Below are positions 1 to 8,736 of a DNA stretch of 64,000 bases, piece after piece (position 1 is the first letter of the stretch; each line of letters starts with the position of its first letter). The stretch covers positions 2,701-66,700 of the forward strand of contig JBEKQC010000017.1 of NCBI GenBank assembly GCA_049520095.1, given 5' to 3'. This DNA is from Terriglobales bacterium (GTDB lineage: Bacteria; Acidobacteriota; Terriglobia; Terriglobales; Acidobacteriaceae). Under the pieces are notes generated by a model. The model made no database searches, was not told where the DNA came from, and saw nothing but the letters and a program-made list of their open reading frames with translations. Both the position numbers and the translations under genes were made by a program.

Positions 1-794
1 CCGAATCGGTTGTCCACGTGATTGCCGTGGGGTTTGCTAGTTTTAGTCTTCGGCTCAGCACAAGATCAGCTTCCCCTCAATTCCTCTACGGTTACGAGCG
101 GATCACCTTCTTCTCTGCCGGATTTGAAGGGGCAATGATCGTTGTGGCGGCGATCGCAATTCTCCTGGAGTCGATCCGGAAGTGGATCGCAGGGCTACAA
201 CTGGAGCACTTGGGAACGGGCGCAATGGTGATCCTCATGGCCGGAATCCTCAATGCGGGCCTCGGTTACTATCTGTTGTGGACCGGCCGGCGGACCCATT
301 CACTCATTCTCGAAGCCGATGGCAAACACGTCTTGACCGATAGCTGGACCAGTTTTGGCGTTGTGGGAGGACTTGGGCTGGTGCTGCTGACGCACTGGAA
401 ACCGTTCGATCCGCTGGTGGCCATCGCGGTCGCGGCAAATATCCTCTGGTCAGGAGGGCGCTTGGTCTGGCGTTCGGCCGTTGGGCTAATGGATTATTCC
501 GATCCCCAAGCCGGCCGGAAAATTCGGGATCATCTGGATGCACTTTGCGCGGAACTGGCCATTCAATACCACGGCGTACGCTTCCGCACCACCGGATACC
601 GCCAGATCATCGAAGTACACTTGTTGTTTCCGCGTCTGACATCGGTCAGCGAGGCCCACCGTCTTGCAACCATTCTGGAAGAACGCCTGCCGGTCGAACT
701 CGGTATGCCCGCAGAGGTCATCACTCACCTGGAGTCCTTGGAAGACCATGCTGATGTCCACCGCGAGCAACACTACACAGGGAAACCTGACTAG
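1..794 (+). CDS. cation diffusion facilitator (CDF) family metal efflux transporter, 5' end outside window
   Basis: The frame is open to the left edge, with no in-frame stop before nt 18. The N-terminal part is TM-rich and is followed by a soluble C-domain. Segments ESVVHVIAVGFA, YGYERITFFSAGFEG and DGKHVLTDSWTS resemble CDF TM2/TM5 metal-site regions. Confidence 0.8.
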   Translation, partial: ESVVHVIAVGFASFSLRLSTRSASPQFLYGYERITFFSAGFEGAMIVVAAIAILLESIRKWIAGLQLEHLGTGAMVILMAGILNAGLGYYLLWTGRRTHSLILEADGKHVLTDSWTSFGVVGGLGLVLLTHWKPFDPLVAIAVAANILWSGGRLVWRSAVGLMDYSDPQAGRKIRDHLDALCAELAIQYHGVRFRTTGYRQIIEVHLLFPRLTSVSEAHRLATILEERLPVELGMPAEVITHLESLEDHADVHREQHYTGKPD

Positions 795-893
795 GCTGTG
801 TGCCGCGAGCGAGAGTTTTGCTCGGCGATTCTCCATGGATTGGGATTGATCCGGCTTCCGCGACCGGGCGGCGAATACCGGCCCGGGTGAGAA

Positions 894-969
894 TGGTGAG
901 CGCGGCAGGAATCGAACCTGCGACCCACGCCTTAAAAGGGCGTTGCTCTACCAACTGAGCTACGCGCCC
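894..969 (-). tRNA. tRNA-Lys (anticodon UUU), CCA encoded
   Basis: The minus strand reads GGGCGCGTAGCTCAGTTGGTAGAGCAACGCCCTTTTAAGGCGTGGGTCGCAGGTTCGATTCCTGCCGCGCTCACCA. This folds as a full 76-nt cloverleaf with a 7-bp acceptor stem, anticodon stem ACGCC/GGCGT, loop CU-UUU-AA and T-loop TTCGATT. Confidence 0.9.
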
Positions 970-1137
970 CACCAATTTCAATCTAACATATTTTCTGCGC
1001 GCATTTGCCCGGCAGTCTGGTTCTCGGAAGCCCTCGCACTTGAGGATGGGATCGCACGCTCCTGTACCCGACGTGGCCTCCGTCCCGGGCCCGGCGGGCC
1101 GTGACGCTTCCAGTCTAAAAGCTATACACTCTGCATT

Positions 1138-1887
1138 ATGCTGCGTTCCCGTTTGCTGGGAGCAAAACTGGCGCGCCTCCCGGTTTGCGCAATTCTGTCT
1201 TGTGCGATTCTGTCGCCAACCCTAAGCCACGCGAAGAAAAAGCAGTTGCCCACCGTGCGCTGGACCGCTGGCGCACCCGGTTGCACATTCGAACGCCGCG
1301 ATGACGGAAAGTACGGTTGGACAATGACAGGGCCTGACCTCACCGTCACTCTGCTCGTGGATTCACAGGAACTGGCACAGAGCCGTCACCGCTTCTTTCA
1401 GCTACTCGGCGCGTTCGTAAGCGTGACGTACACCGGACAGGCAAAATTTGAGTTCCCGGCGGATGTGCGCATCGATTTCGTTCGTCATCACGACGTGCTT
1501 GAGGCCTACGAGGATCCCACGGGACTTTCCAACAAACTGCAGAATGCCGTGGACACAAAGATCTTCGAAACCGAGCGCCAGATCAAGAAGAATCCCAAGA
1601 TCGCCGAAGAGAAAACGGCCCGCTTGCGCGTGTACCAAAAAGAAGCGGCCGAGTTCATCGAGTTTCTCAGCACACAAGCCCTCGACCCCAACACCGTGAT
1701 GCTGACCCCGGGCAATCCTGAAGACCACGGCTGGGTCTTGTTCTCAACCAGCAACAAGTGGATCGGCAAGTGGAAAGAGCGGGAAGATTTTGTTATCAGC
1801 GTCTGGATGAAAGACAAAATCTGGCAATTCCCCATCTCGCTGCCACCGATCGAAGGCGACCTGATCCTGCGCAAGCCGCCCGAGTGA
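1138..1887 (+). CDS. hypothetical secreted protein or lipoprotein
   Basis: ATG start followed by a hydrophobic leader (LPVCAILSCAILSPTLSHA). Amino-acid composition looks coding. I recognise no family. Confidence 0.55.
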   Translation: MLRSRLLGAKLARLPVCAILSCAILSPTLSHAKKKQLPTVRWTAGAPGCTFERRDDGKYGWTMTGPDLTVTLLVDSQELAQSRHRFFQLLGAFVSVTYTGQAKFEFPADVRIDFVRHHDVLEAYEDPTGLSNKLQNAVDTKIFETERQIKKNPKIAEEKTARLRVYQKEAAEFIEFLSTQALDPNTVMLTPGNPEDHGWVLFSTSNKWIGKWKEREDFVISVWMKDKIWQFPISLPPIEGDLILRKPPE

Positions 1888-1938
1888 CGGGTCACGAACA
1901 CGCCTGAGATTTGTGTTACAGTTTCGTGCTCATAGTTC

Positions 1939-2118
1939 ATGGTCATGGAGATCGCTCCGAAAGCAACGCTTGACGCCCGGAAACCCGCAGTCGTGTTCTA
2001 CTGTCCGGTCTGCGCCGCGGAGGTCACCGATCCTCTTACGTGCGGCGATTGCTCGGCCGTCATCTGCCGCCGCTGCGGAACTCCGCTGGAATCTTCGGAT
2101 GAACTGGGCATAGGGTGA
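1939..2118 (+). CDS. small Cys-rich zinc-ribbon protein (59 aa, below the ORF-track cutoff)
   Basis: Hand translation gives MVMEIAPKATLDARKPAVVFYCPVCAAEVTDPLTCGDCSAVICRRCGTPLESSDELGIG. It contains CPVC, CGDC and CRRC pairs. Third codon positions are GC-rich. No clear SD sequence. Confidence 0.35.
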   Translation: MVMEIAPKATLDARKPAVVFYCPVCAAEVTDPLTCGDCSAVICRRCGTPLESSDELGIG

Positions 2119-2165
2119 AGCGCTGTTGGTCGTGATTTGCCGACGACAAATTGAACAACTGCTCA

Positions 2166-3638
2166 ATGGACACTGCTTCCCCAGCCAACGAAACCGAACC
2201 CTCCAATCAACAACCGAGTCTCGTCCGTGGGCTTAGTTTGCTCGACTCTGTGCTGCTGCTGGTGAGCGGCATCATCGGTTCTTCTATTTTTCTTACCGCT
2301 AAAGATATTGCCGGGCCTTTGCCGAGCCCGACGTTGTTTTTTCTGGTGTGGGTGCTCGGCGGAGTGATTTCGCTTTGCGCATGCGTCGCCTTCGCCGAAC
2401 TCGGCTCCATGTTTCCCGACTCCGGTGGACAATACATTTACCTTCGCGAAGCGTACGGCGATCTGGTTGCCTTTCTTTATGGCTGGATGTTGTTCGCGGT
2501 CGCGAATGGCGGCTCCATCGCTGCACTCTCCGTAGCTGCCGCAGCCTACATGGGCAACATCGTTCCCTGGATGTCGCAACAGCATGTGATGGCAAACATC
2601 AATCTGCCGTATCCGACGTTGGCGAATGGTCACTTCGTCGAGGCTATATTCACCATCGTTTTCACACGCGCCCATGCAGTCGGGTTGGTGCTGATCGCCA
2701 TCCTCACTTATGTCAACGTCTACGGACTGCGATGGGGCGCGCTTCTTCAGAACGTCTCCACCTGGACGAAGTTCACCGCCATGGCAGTCTTCGTCGTTCT
2801 CGGATTTGCCATCGGCAAGGGACGTTGGTCGAACTTCAGCGCGCAGGCGCCGGGCGAACTGACTATGGGGCTTAGCCCCGGACAGTTGATCTCCGCTCTC
2901 GGCGTCGGTTTGATCGCCGTGTTCTGGGCCTACGACGGCTGGGTCTACATCACATGGGTTGCCGGAGAAGTCAAAGACCCACGGCGCAATGTGCCGCTGG
3001 CCATGGTTTTGGGCGTGCTTGCGGTGGGCGCGATTTATCTCGCCATGAACATGATTTACGTTTACGCCCTGCCGCTGAATGAGATCGCAAAGCACGAAAC
3101 CATTGCCCACGCAGCAGCAGCAGTGCTGTTTTCGCCCGGCGCTGCAGCGTGGCTTTCGGCCATGATCGCGGTTTCATGTTTCAGCGCGGCGGCAACCTGC
3201 ACCTTGTCCGGCGCCCGCGTCTACCTCGCCATGGCACAGGACGGCGTATTCTTCCGCCGCATGGCCGTCATCCATCCCAAGTGGCGCACACCGGCCTTCA
3301 GCTTGATCGGTCAAGGGATCTGGGCAGCGGTGCTCACTATGAGCGGACGCTACGACCAGCTTTACACCTACGTCATCTTTGGCATGGTGCTCTCCTACAC
3401 GCTGACCGTCATCGGCCTGTTCGTCCTGCGCTGGAAAAGACCCGACGTTCCCCGCCCCTATCGTTGCACCGGATACCCGTGGCTCCCTGCAATCTACGTT
3501 ATCGTCGGCGTTGCCTGGACGCTCAACACCGTCATCCAGCGGCCGACCGAAGCCTTTTGGGGCGCAGCCATTGTGCTGATTGGCATTCCAGGATATCTGT
3601 ACTGGAAGTGGAGGAACCGCGCCAAGCTCGCCAACTGA
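2166..3638 (+). CDS. APC-superfamily amino acid permease
   Basis: About 12 TM segments. The N-terminal signature LLDSVLLLVSGIIGSSIF and the segment ELGSMFPDSGGQYIYLREAYG are typical of APC transporters. An alternative TTG start lies at 2151. Confidence 0.85.
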   Translation: MDTASPANETEPSNQQPSLVRGLSLLDSVLLLVSGIIGSSIFLTAKDIAGPLPSPTLFFLVWVLGGVISLCACVAFAELGSMFPDSGGQYIYLREAYGDLVAFLYGWMLFAVANGGSIAALSVAAAAYMGNIVPWMSQQHVMANINLPYPTLANGHFVEAIFTIVFTRAHAVGLVLIAILTYVNVYGLRWGALLQNVSTWTKFTAMAVFVVLGFAIGKGRWSNFSAQAPGELTMGLSPGQLISALGVGLIAVFWAYDGWVYITWVAGEVKDPRRNVPLAMVLGVLAVGAIYLAMNMIYVYALPLNEIAKHETIAHAAAAVLFSPGAAAWLSAMIAVSCFSAAATCTLSGARVYLAMAQDGVFFRRMAVIHPKWRTPAFSLIGQGIWAAVLTMSGRYDQLYTYVIFGMVLSYTLTVIGLFVLRWKRPDVPRPYRCTGYPWLPAIYVIVGVAWTLNTVIQRPTEAFWGAAIVLIGIPGYLYWKWRNRAKLAN

Positions 3639-3696
3639 AATTCATCTTGCCCATCCCACATGTCTCTGGTAATCCTTACCGCTCACCTTCTAACCG

Positions 3697-5202
3697 GTGA
3701 ACACCCCTCGCGTGAGTAAAACAGGGCCAGAAAACCGACCAGACCACGGACCACCTGCCTCCTATGGGTCCGGCATCTCCATCGCCGAAGCTGCTGATCC
3801 CAACCGCCCCAAGCGCGTCATGGGATTTCGCGACTTGCTGTTGTTCTACGTGGTCACCGGCGTCAGCCTGCGATGGATCGCCACAGCTGCTGCCGCCGGC
3901 CCCAGTTCCATCGTCATCTGGATCGGGGCGTGGCTCGCCTTCTACACGCCGCTCGCGCTCTCGGTCATCGAACTTTCTTCACGCTATCCGAATGAAGGTG
4001 GCCTCTATGTCTGGTCGAAACGCGCCTTCGGCGACTTCTCCGGCTTCATGGCCGCGTGGACTTACTGGACCAGCAACCTGCCCTACTTCCCTGCCGTCCT
4101 TTACTTCGCGGCCAGCAACGTGCTTTTCCTGCGGCAGGCCCAGTGGTCGCATCTTTCAGCGAACCCAACCTTCTACATCGTGTTTGCGCTGGTAACGCTC
4201 ACCGCCGCCACTCTATTGAACGTCGTCGGACTCGACGTCGGCAAATGGCTGCACAACATCGGTGCGCTCGCCATGTGGATTCCCGTTCTCATCGTCATCG
4301 GTATGGGCCTGCTCGCCTATCACCGCTTCGGATCGGCAACCACGTTCTCGTTTCGCACCATGACGCCCAGCATGCGCCTGAACGACATTATCTTCTGGTC
4401 GGTGCTCACCTTTGCTTTCGGCGGATGCGAAACCGCCTCTTTCATGGCGGAAGAAATCAAGAACGCTCGTCGCACCATTCCGCTGGCCCTGTTCGCGGGC
4501 GGACTGACGGTCGCGTTCTGTTACATCGTCGGAACCGTCTGCGTGCTGCTGGCACTGCCGTCTTCGGAAGTCAGCAGCCTGCAAGGGCTGGTGCAGGCGA
4601 TTGCCAAGACTGCCGACCGCGTCGGACTTCCCTTCTTTCTTCCAGTAGCGGCGTTTTTGATTGCGCTTAGTAACATCGGCGCTTCCGGGGCTTATCTCGC
4701 AGCCGTCGCCCGCCTGCCGTTCGTCGCCGGCATCGACCGTTATCTGCCGTCTTCGTTCGGAGCGCTGCATCCGCGTTGGGGCACGCCCTGGGTTGCTCTA
4801 CTGACCCAAGCAGCGATCGGCGCAATATTTATTTTTCTCGGACAGGCCGGCACCTCGGTTAAAGGCGCCTATGACGTGCTGGTCAGCATGGGTGTCATCA
4901 CTTATTTCATCCCCTACTTATATTTATTCGCGTCGATGTTCAAACTGCAGAGCGAGCCCGCCGGAGAAGAAGTGATTCGAGTGCCCGGCGGAAAACCAGC
5001 AGCCTATGCGTTGTCGATCGTGGGCTTTGTAACCACGATGTTCACCATCGCCCTCTCCGTCCTGCCGCCACCGGATGAGCCAAACAAGCCGCTGGCTGTC
5101 TTCAAAATCGTCGGGGGCTGCGGCGCATTGCTGTTGATCGGAGTGTGGCTGTATTGGGCGGGAAAACGGCGGGCGCAGCGGAATCCCGATGTTTCGCGTT
5201 GA
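3697..5202 (+). CDS. APC-superfamily amino acid permease (second, divergent copy)
   Basis: Polytopic membrane protein containing ELSSRYPNEGGLYVWSKRAFGDFSGFMAAW. The start is uncertain: GTG at 3697, or a later ATG giving MGFRDLL. Confidence 0.85.
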   Translation: MNTPRVSKTGPENRPDHGPPASYGSGISIAEAADPNRPKRVMGFRDLLLFYVVTGVSLRWIATAAAAGPSSIVIWIGAWLAFYTPLALSVIELSSRYPNEGGLYVWSKRAFGDFSGFMAAWTYWTSNLPYFPAVLYFAASNVLFLRQAQWSHLSANPTFYIVFALVTLTAATLLNVVGLDVGKWLHNIGALAMWIPVLIVIGMGLLAYHRFGSATTFSFRTMTPSMRLNDIIFWSVLTFAFGGCETASFMAEEIKNARRTIPLALFAGGLTVAFCYIVGTVCVLLALPSSEVSSLQGLVQAIAKTADRVGLPFFLPVAAFLIALSNIGASGAYLAAVARLPFVAGIDRYLPSSFGALHPRWGTPWVALLTQAAIGAIFIFLGQAGTSVKGAYDVLVSMGVITYFIPYLYLFASMFKLQSEPAGEEVIRVPGGKPAAYALSIVGFVTTMFTIALSVLPPPDEPNKPLAVFKIVGGCGALLLIGVWLYWAGKRRAQRNPDVSR

Positions 5203-5308
5203 CAAGTTCGCGGAACAAGCACAAGCTTTCAGACTAGTTGTCGCTGGTGGCCACACCCCGAATCCGGCCCAGGAAAAGGGGTTTCACCCAACGAAGAGGA
5301 AGATTCCC

Positions 5309-6688
5309 ATGTCGAGTACCACGAAGAGCATAATCTTGTCCGCATTAACCGCGATTTTCATTACGCTGCTTTGCGGAAGCTCGGCGGCGCAGCAGCACAT
5401 CACTGGCACCTTGCCGGATGGCGCAACCTACGTAATCGACGTCCCGGCAAATTGGAACGGCAATCTGCTTCTTTACAGTCACGGCTACGTCATCCCTGGG
5501 TCGCCAAATCCGGCATACGATTATCCCGATCCCTACTCGGCTTACTATTTCTTAACTGAGGGTTGGGCATTCGCGGGATCGTCTTATGCCGCGACGGGCT
5601 GGGCGGTTCAGCAAGCGATCCCGGACCAGATCTCGACGCTCGACGTTTTTCAAAGTGTAGTTGGAACTCCGACCGAGACCATCGCCTGGGGAGACTCCCT
5701 CGGCGGCATGATCACAGCCGGACTGGTACAGGAGTACCCGAGTCGCTTTAACGGCGCGCTTCCCATGTGCGGAGTCCTGGCTGGCGGCGTAGGCTTTTGG
5801 AACGAGGCGCTCGACGGGGCTTTCGCCTTCAACACGCTGCTGGCAGGCGGGACCTTGCAGGTTGTCAACATCACGAACCCGACGCAGAATTACACCAATG
5901 CAGAAAACTTTCTAGGCGCAGCCCAAACCACGCCGCAAGGGCAAGCGCGAATCGCGTTGGTCGCGGCGCTGACCGATGTGCCCGGCTGGTTCTATCCCGG
6001 TACTCCTGAGCCTTACGTCTACGCCACCCAGGAGGCCGATCAGTTTCTCTGGTTTGCAAACGACGATTTCCTGTTCCCGTTCTATCTCCGCGCCGAACTG
6101 GAATCCCGAGCCGGCGGCAATCCTTCGTTCAACACCGGCGTAAACTACACAACACAACTGAACAAATCGATCAATCGTGCAGAAGTCGAGGCCCTTTATA
6201 TCGCCGCCGGACTAAGCCTGACGGCTGACCTCGCCACGCTGAATAACGCCCCGAGAATTAGCGCCGATCCGGGTGCTTTGACATATTTGAGCGATAACAT
6301 CATCTACAACGGCCAGTTGACAGTCCCGGTCCTAACCATGCACACCGTTGGCGATGGACTGGTTCCGGTAGAAGTCGAGAAGGCTTATAGCACAGTCATC
6401 CAAGAGGCAAAAGACTCCGCCCTGTTGAAGCAGACGTTCATAAACCGCGCGGGTCACTGCGAATTCACTCCTGCAGAAACCATTACCGCGCTGCAAAACC
6501 TTCAAACCCGCATTACCACGGGAAAGTGGCCGAACCTCGGCTCCTCTGCGTTGAATAAGGAGGCGACCGCGCTCGGCTCGACCTACAACATTCTCGACAT
6601 CAACAATAATTTGGTGTACACAGCCCCGGCGTTTGAGAGCTATCAACCATTGCAATTTCTGCGGATCTACGACGCGTTCACACAGTAG
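5309..6688 (+). CDS. secreted hypothetical protein, possible serine hydrolase
   Basis: ATG at 5309 is preceded by GAAGAGGA. Signal peptide MSSTTKSIILSALTAIFITLLCGSSAAQQ. GDSLGGM matches the GxSxG nucleophile elbow. The upstream extension to 5189 overlaps the permease gene and is unlikely to be real. Confidence 0.65.
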   Translation: MSSTTKSIILSALTAIFITLLCGSSAAQQHITGTLPDGATYVIDVPANWNGNLLLYSHGYVIPGSPNPAYDYPDPYSAYYFLTEGWAFAGSSYAATGWAVQQAIPDQISTLDVFQSVVGTPTETIAWGDSLGGMITAGLVQEYPSRFNGALPMCGVLAGGVGFWNEALDGAFAFNTLLAGGTLQVVNITNPTQNYTNAENFLGAAQTTPQGQARIALVAALTDVPGWFYPGTPEPYVYATQEADQFLWFANDDFLFPFYLRAELESRAGGNPSFNTGVNYTTQLNKSINRAEVEALYIAAGLSLTADLATLNNAPRISADPGALTYLSDNIIYNGQLTVPVLTMHTVGDGLVPVEVEKAYSTVIQEAKDSALLKQTFINRAGHCEFTPAETITALQNLQTRITTGKWPNLGSSALNKEATALGSTYNILDINNNLVYTAPAFESYQPLQFLRIYDAFTQ

Positions 6689-6761
6689 CGGTGCGGGGAG
6701 AAGCACGGCACCGCGTGGCGCAGCTGCGGGGCCAGCGACGCCAGAAGTTCCTCGGGCTCGC

Positions 6762-7167
6762 TTACGCCTTGCCGTGGGCGTAGATTTCATGCAGAAGCTC
6801 GCGGACTTTCCCGGGCATTATCTCCTTCGGCAGCTTCGGCTCCGCGCTGTTGGCAGTGGGCATCGCTGCAATCAGGATCGCCTCTAGCTCGTCCCGCTGC
6901 TCTTTGTCCTCAACAGCAAAGGCGGAAAAAGAAGTTCCAAAAATGATAGTAGCGGTCTTCGGGCTTCCTCGCGTGTGCCCACAACCTGCCCATCAGTCGG
7001 CCCTTGCCGATATAGTGGGGTTGATCGTTGCGATAAAGGACATACACGCCATCTTTCCTAAAGAATTCAATCGACCCTGCCCGCATCCCTTTTTCGCCCC
7101 TCAACTTCTCGAATACACCTCGGGGCCACATCCGAGCGTATCCTTGCGTAATTCGTGACCGCTTCAC
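6762..7167 (-). pseudogene. GIY-YIG nuclease-domain gene interrupted by a 1-nt frameshift
   Basis: ORF 7167..6910 encodes GVYVLYRNDQPHYIGKGRLMGRL (the GIY..YIG motif) and stops after WNFFFRLCC. The next frame continues as FSAFAVEDKEQRDELEAILIAAMPTANS...HGKA up to a stop at 6762-6764. The two frames join at an A5 run (T5 on the coding strand) at 6926-6930. Confidence 0.55.
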
Positions 7168-7213
7168 TCTGTGCCTCCTATTCCGGACTGTGTCTCCCTT
7201 ATCAGAAACCTTT

Positions 7214-8434
7214 CTAAACCGGCACCGCCGTCTTCCGCTTCGGATTAAAAAACGGCAGCGACACCACCGTGGCCGTGGTCTTCATCCGTTGCGCTTCGAT
7301 CGTCAACTCCATCTGCAGCTTGGTGCCGGGCTTTGAATACTCCGCGCCCACGCTGGCCAGGGCAATCAACTTCTTCAGCAGCGGAGAGAACGCCGTGGTC
7401 GTTGCCTTGCCCACCTGCTTGTCGTTGGAACTCGAATTAGCATAGACGGGCACCGCCACGCGTGATGCCTGGCTGGGCGCTGCTGGAGAGAGTCCGAATT
7501 TGTCGAACTGCTCTTCTACTTCCACCCAGTCGACTTCCAGCCCAACCAACTGCCGCGCCACGCCCAGCTTGTGATCTCGCGCCAGCGCGCGTTTGCCGAT
7601 GAAGTTTTCTTTATCGAGATGCACCATCTTCCCGAAACCCAACTCATAGGGCGAGTATTTCTGCGACGGAATCAGCGCCTTCTTCGAACTAGTGTAATCA
7701 ACCTCGATCAGCAGTAGGCCCGCCTCCACCCGCGACACATCGAGCGCCAGCATTCCCGCCGCGTGAATATCGAACTGCCTGCCCTTGTCCATCAGCGCGT
7801 CCCAGACCTTGACGGCTTCATGCCCATTATTAAGAATGGGTATCCATATCTCGTAGCCCAGGTCGCCCGTGTATCCGGTGCGCGAAATATCGACGGGCAC
7901 GCCCGCAATTTTGCCCGTCGTTTTTCGGAAATACTTCAGATTCGTAATCTCGGCTTCTGCGACTGTCTTCAAAAGTTTCGCGGAGGCCGGCCCCTGTAGC
8001 GCCAGCGCGGCCGTTCGCTCGGAGATGTCTTCGATCTGAACGTCCATGTTCAGGCCGTTTTGCCTAAACCAGCGGAGGCTCGGATCGGCCGCCGTCCAGC
8101 GATATCTGTTTTCCTCGAGGCGGGTGATCGTACCGTCGTCGATGACCTTCCCGTCTTCATCGCACCAACAGGCATAGATGACCTGTCCCACCGCGACTTT
8201 GTTGATGTCGCGCGTGATAACGCGGTTCACGAGTTTGGTCGCATCCTTGCCAGTGATCAGATACTTATAGAGCGGCGAGATATCAATCAGCGCGCACGCA
8301 TTGCGGATCGCGTTGTACTCGTGCTCGTGGTGCACCTCATACACGCTGACCGTGTAGTATCCCGACCACTCGCGGTAATTCAAACTGTGGCAAAGGGCAA
8401 AAGTTCTGTCGTGAAATGCAGTTCCAATGGGCAA
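7214..8434 (-). CDS. aminomethyltransferase-family (GcvT-like) folate-binding protein
   Basis: Contains NAIRNACALIDISPLYKYLITGKDA, DDGTITRLEENRYRW and ISRTGYTGDLGYEIW, as in T-protein/DmdA-type enzymes. The track ORF runs to 8542, but that extension translates a palindromic repeat. A TTG at 8434 preceded by GAGG is my proposed start. Confidence 0.8.
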   Translation of the reverse strand: MPIGTAFHDRTFALCHSLNYREWSGYYTVSVYEVHHEHEYNAIRNACALIDISPLYKYLITGKDATKLVNRVITRDINKVAVGQVIYACWCDEDGKVIDDGTITRLEENRYRWTAADPSLRWFRQNGLNMDVQIEDISERTAALALQGPASAKLLKTVAEAEITNLKYFRKTTGKIAGVPVDISRTGYTGDLGYEIWIPILNNGHEAVKVWDALMDKGRQFDIHAAGMLALDVSRVEAGLLLIEVDYTSSKKALIPSQKYSPYELGFGKMVHLDKENFIGKRALARDHKLGVARQLVGLEVDWVEVEEQFDKFGLSPAAPSQASRVAVPVYANSSSNDKQVGKATTTAFSPLLKKLIALASVGAEYSKPGTKLQMELTIEAQRMKTTATVVSLPFFNPKRKTAVPV

Positions 8435-8467
8435 TGCAACCTCGCGTCGTTTCCCCTGTGTGCTCTT

Positions 8468-8535
8468 CCCCCGTGAAACCCTGTGTCCTCTGTGGTAGAG
8501 ATTTTTCTTAACCACAGAGGACACAGAGAACGGGG
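8468..8535. repeat. REP-like imperfect palindrome (CCCCGT..CTGTGTCCTCTGTGGT / ACCACAGAGGACACAG..ACGGGG)
   Basis: The arms ccccgtgaaaccctgtgtcctctgtggt and accacagaggacacagagaacgggg are reverse complements, apart from an internal gaaacc/tct mismatch, around the loop agagatttttctta. A related half copy lies at 33555-33589. Confidence 0.75.
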
Positions 8536-8736
8536 AAACCAAACAAACCCTGACGCCGGATTATATGCACCGCAAGTATTCTGCGGCAAGCACCGAAATA
8601 CGTTGACCATGAGTCAGCGATCACGCGTAAACAGAGACAAAACGATGCTTTCTCGATAGAATGGCGAGTCATTTTTCCTCAACGTTACGGGTCAATCTGG
8701 GTCACTATTTCTGGGCCAATCTTTCTAGGTCAACCT

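Noticed and set aside
795-1137. Checked the tRNA-Lys flanks for an integrated element (integrase, direct repeat of the tRNA 3' end)
   Set aside because: No integrase, excisionase or duplicated tRNA 3' segment is visible. The flanking genes are ordinary.
2163-3110. 315-aa ORF on the minus strand
   Set aside because: It is antisense to the APC permease gene and has shadow-ORF composition.
8435-8736. Looked for a glycine riboswitch upstream of the GcvT-like gene
   Set aside because: I saw no GGAGAG...CACCG...GGGCAA-type conserved core on either strand. The region contains only the REP-like palindrome.
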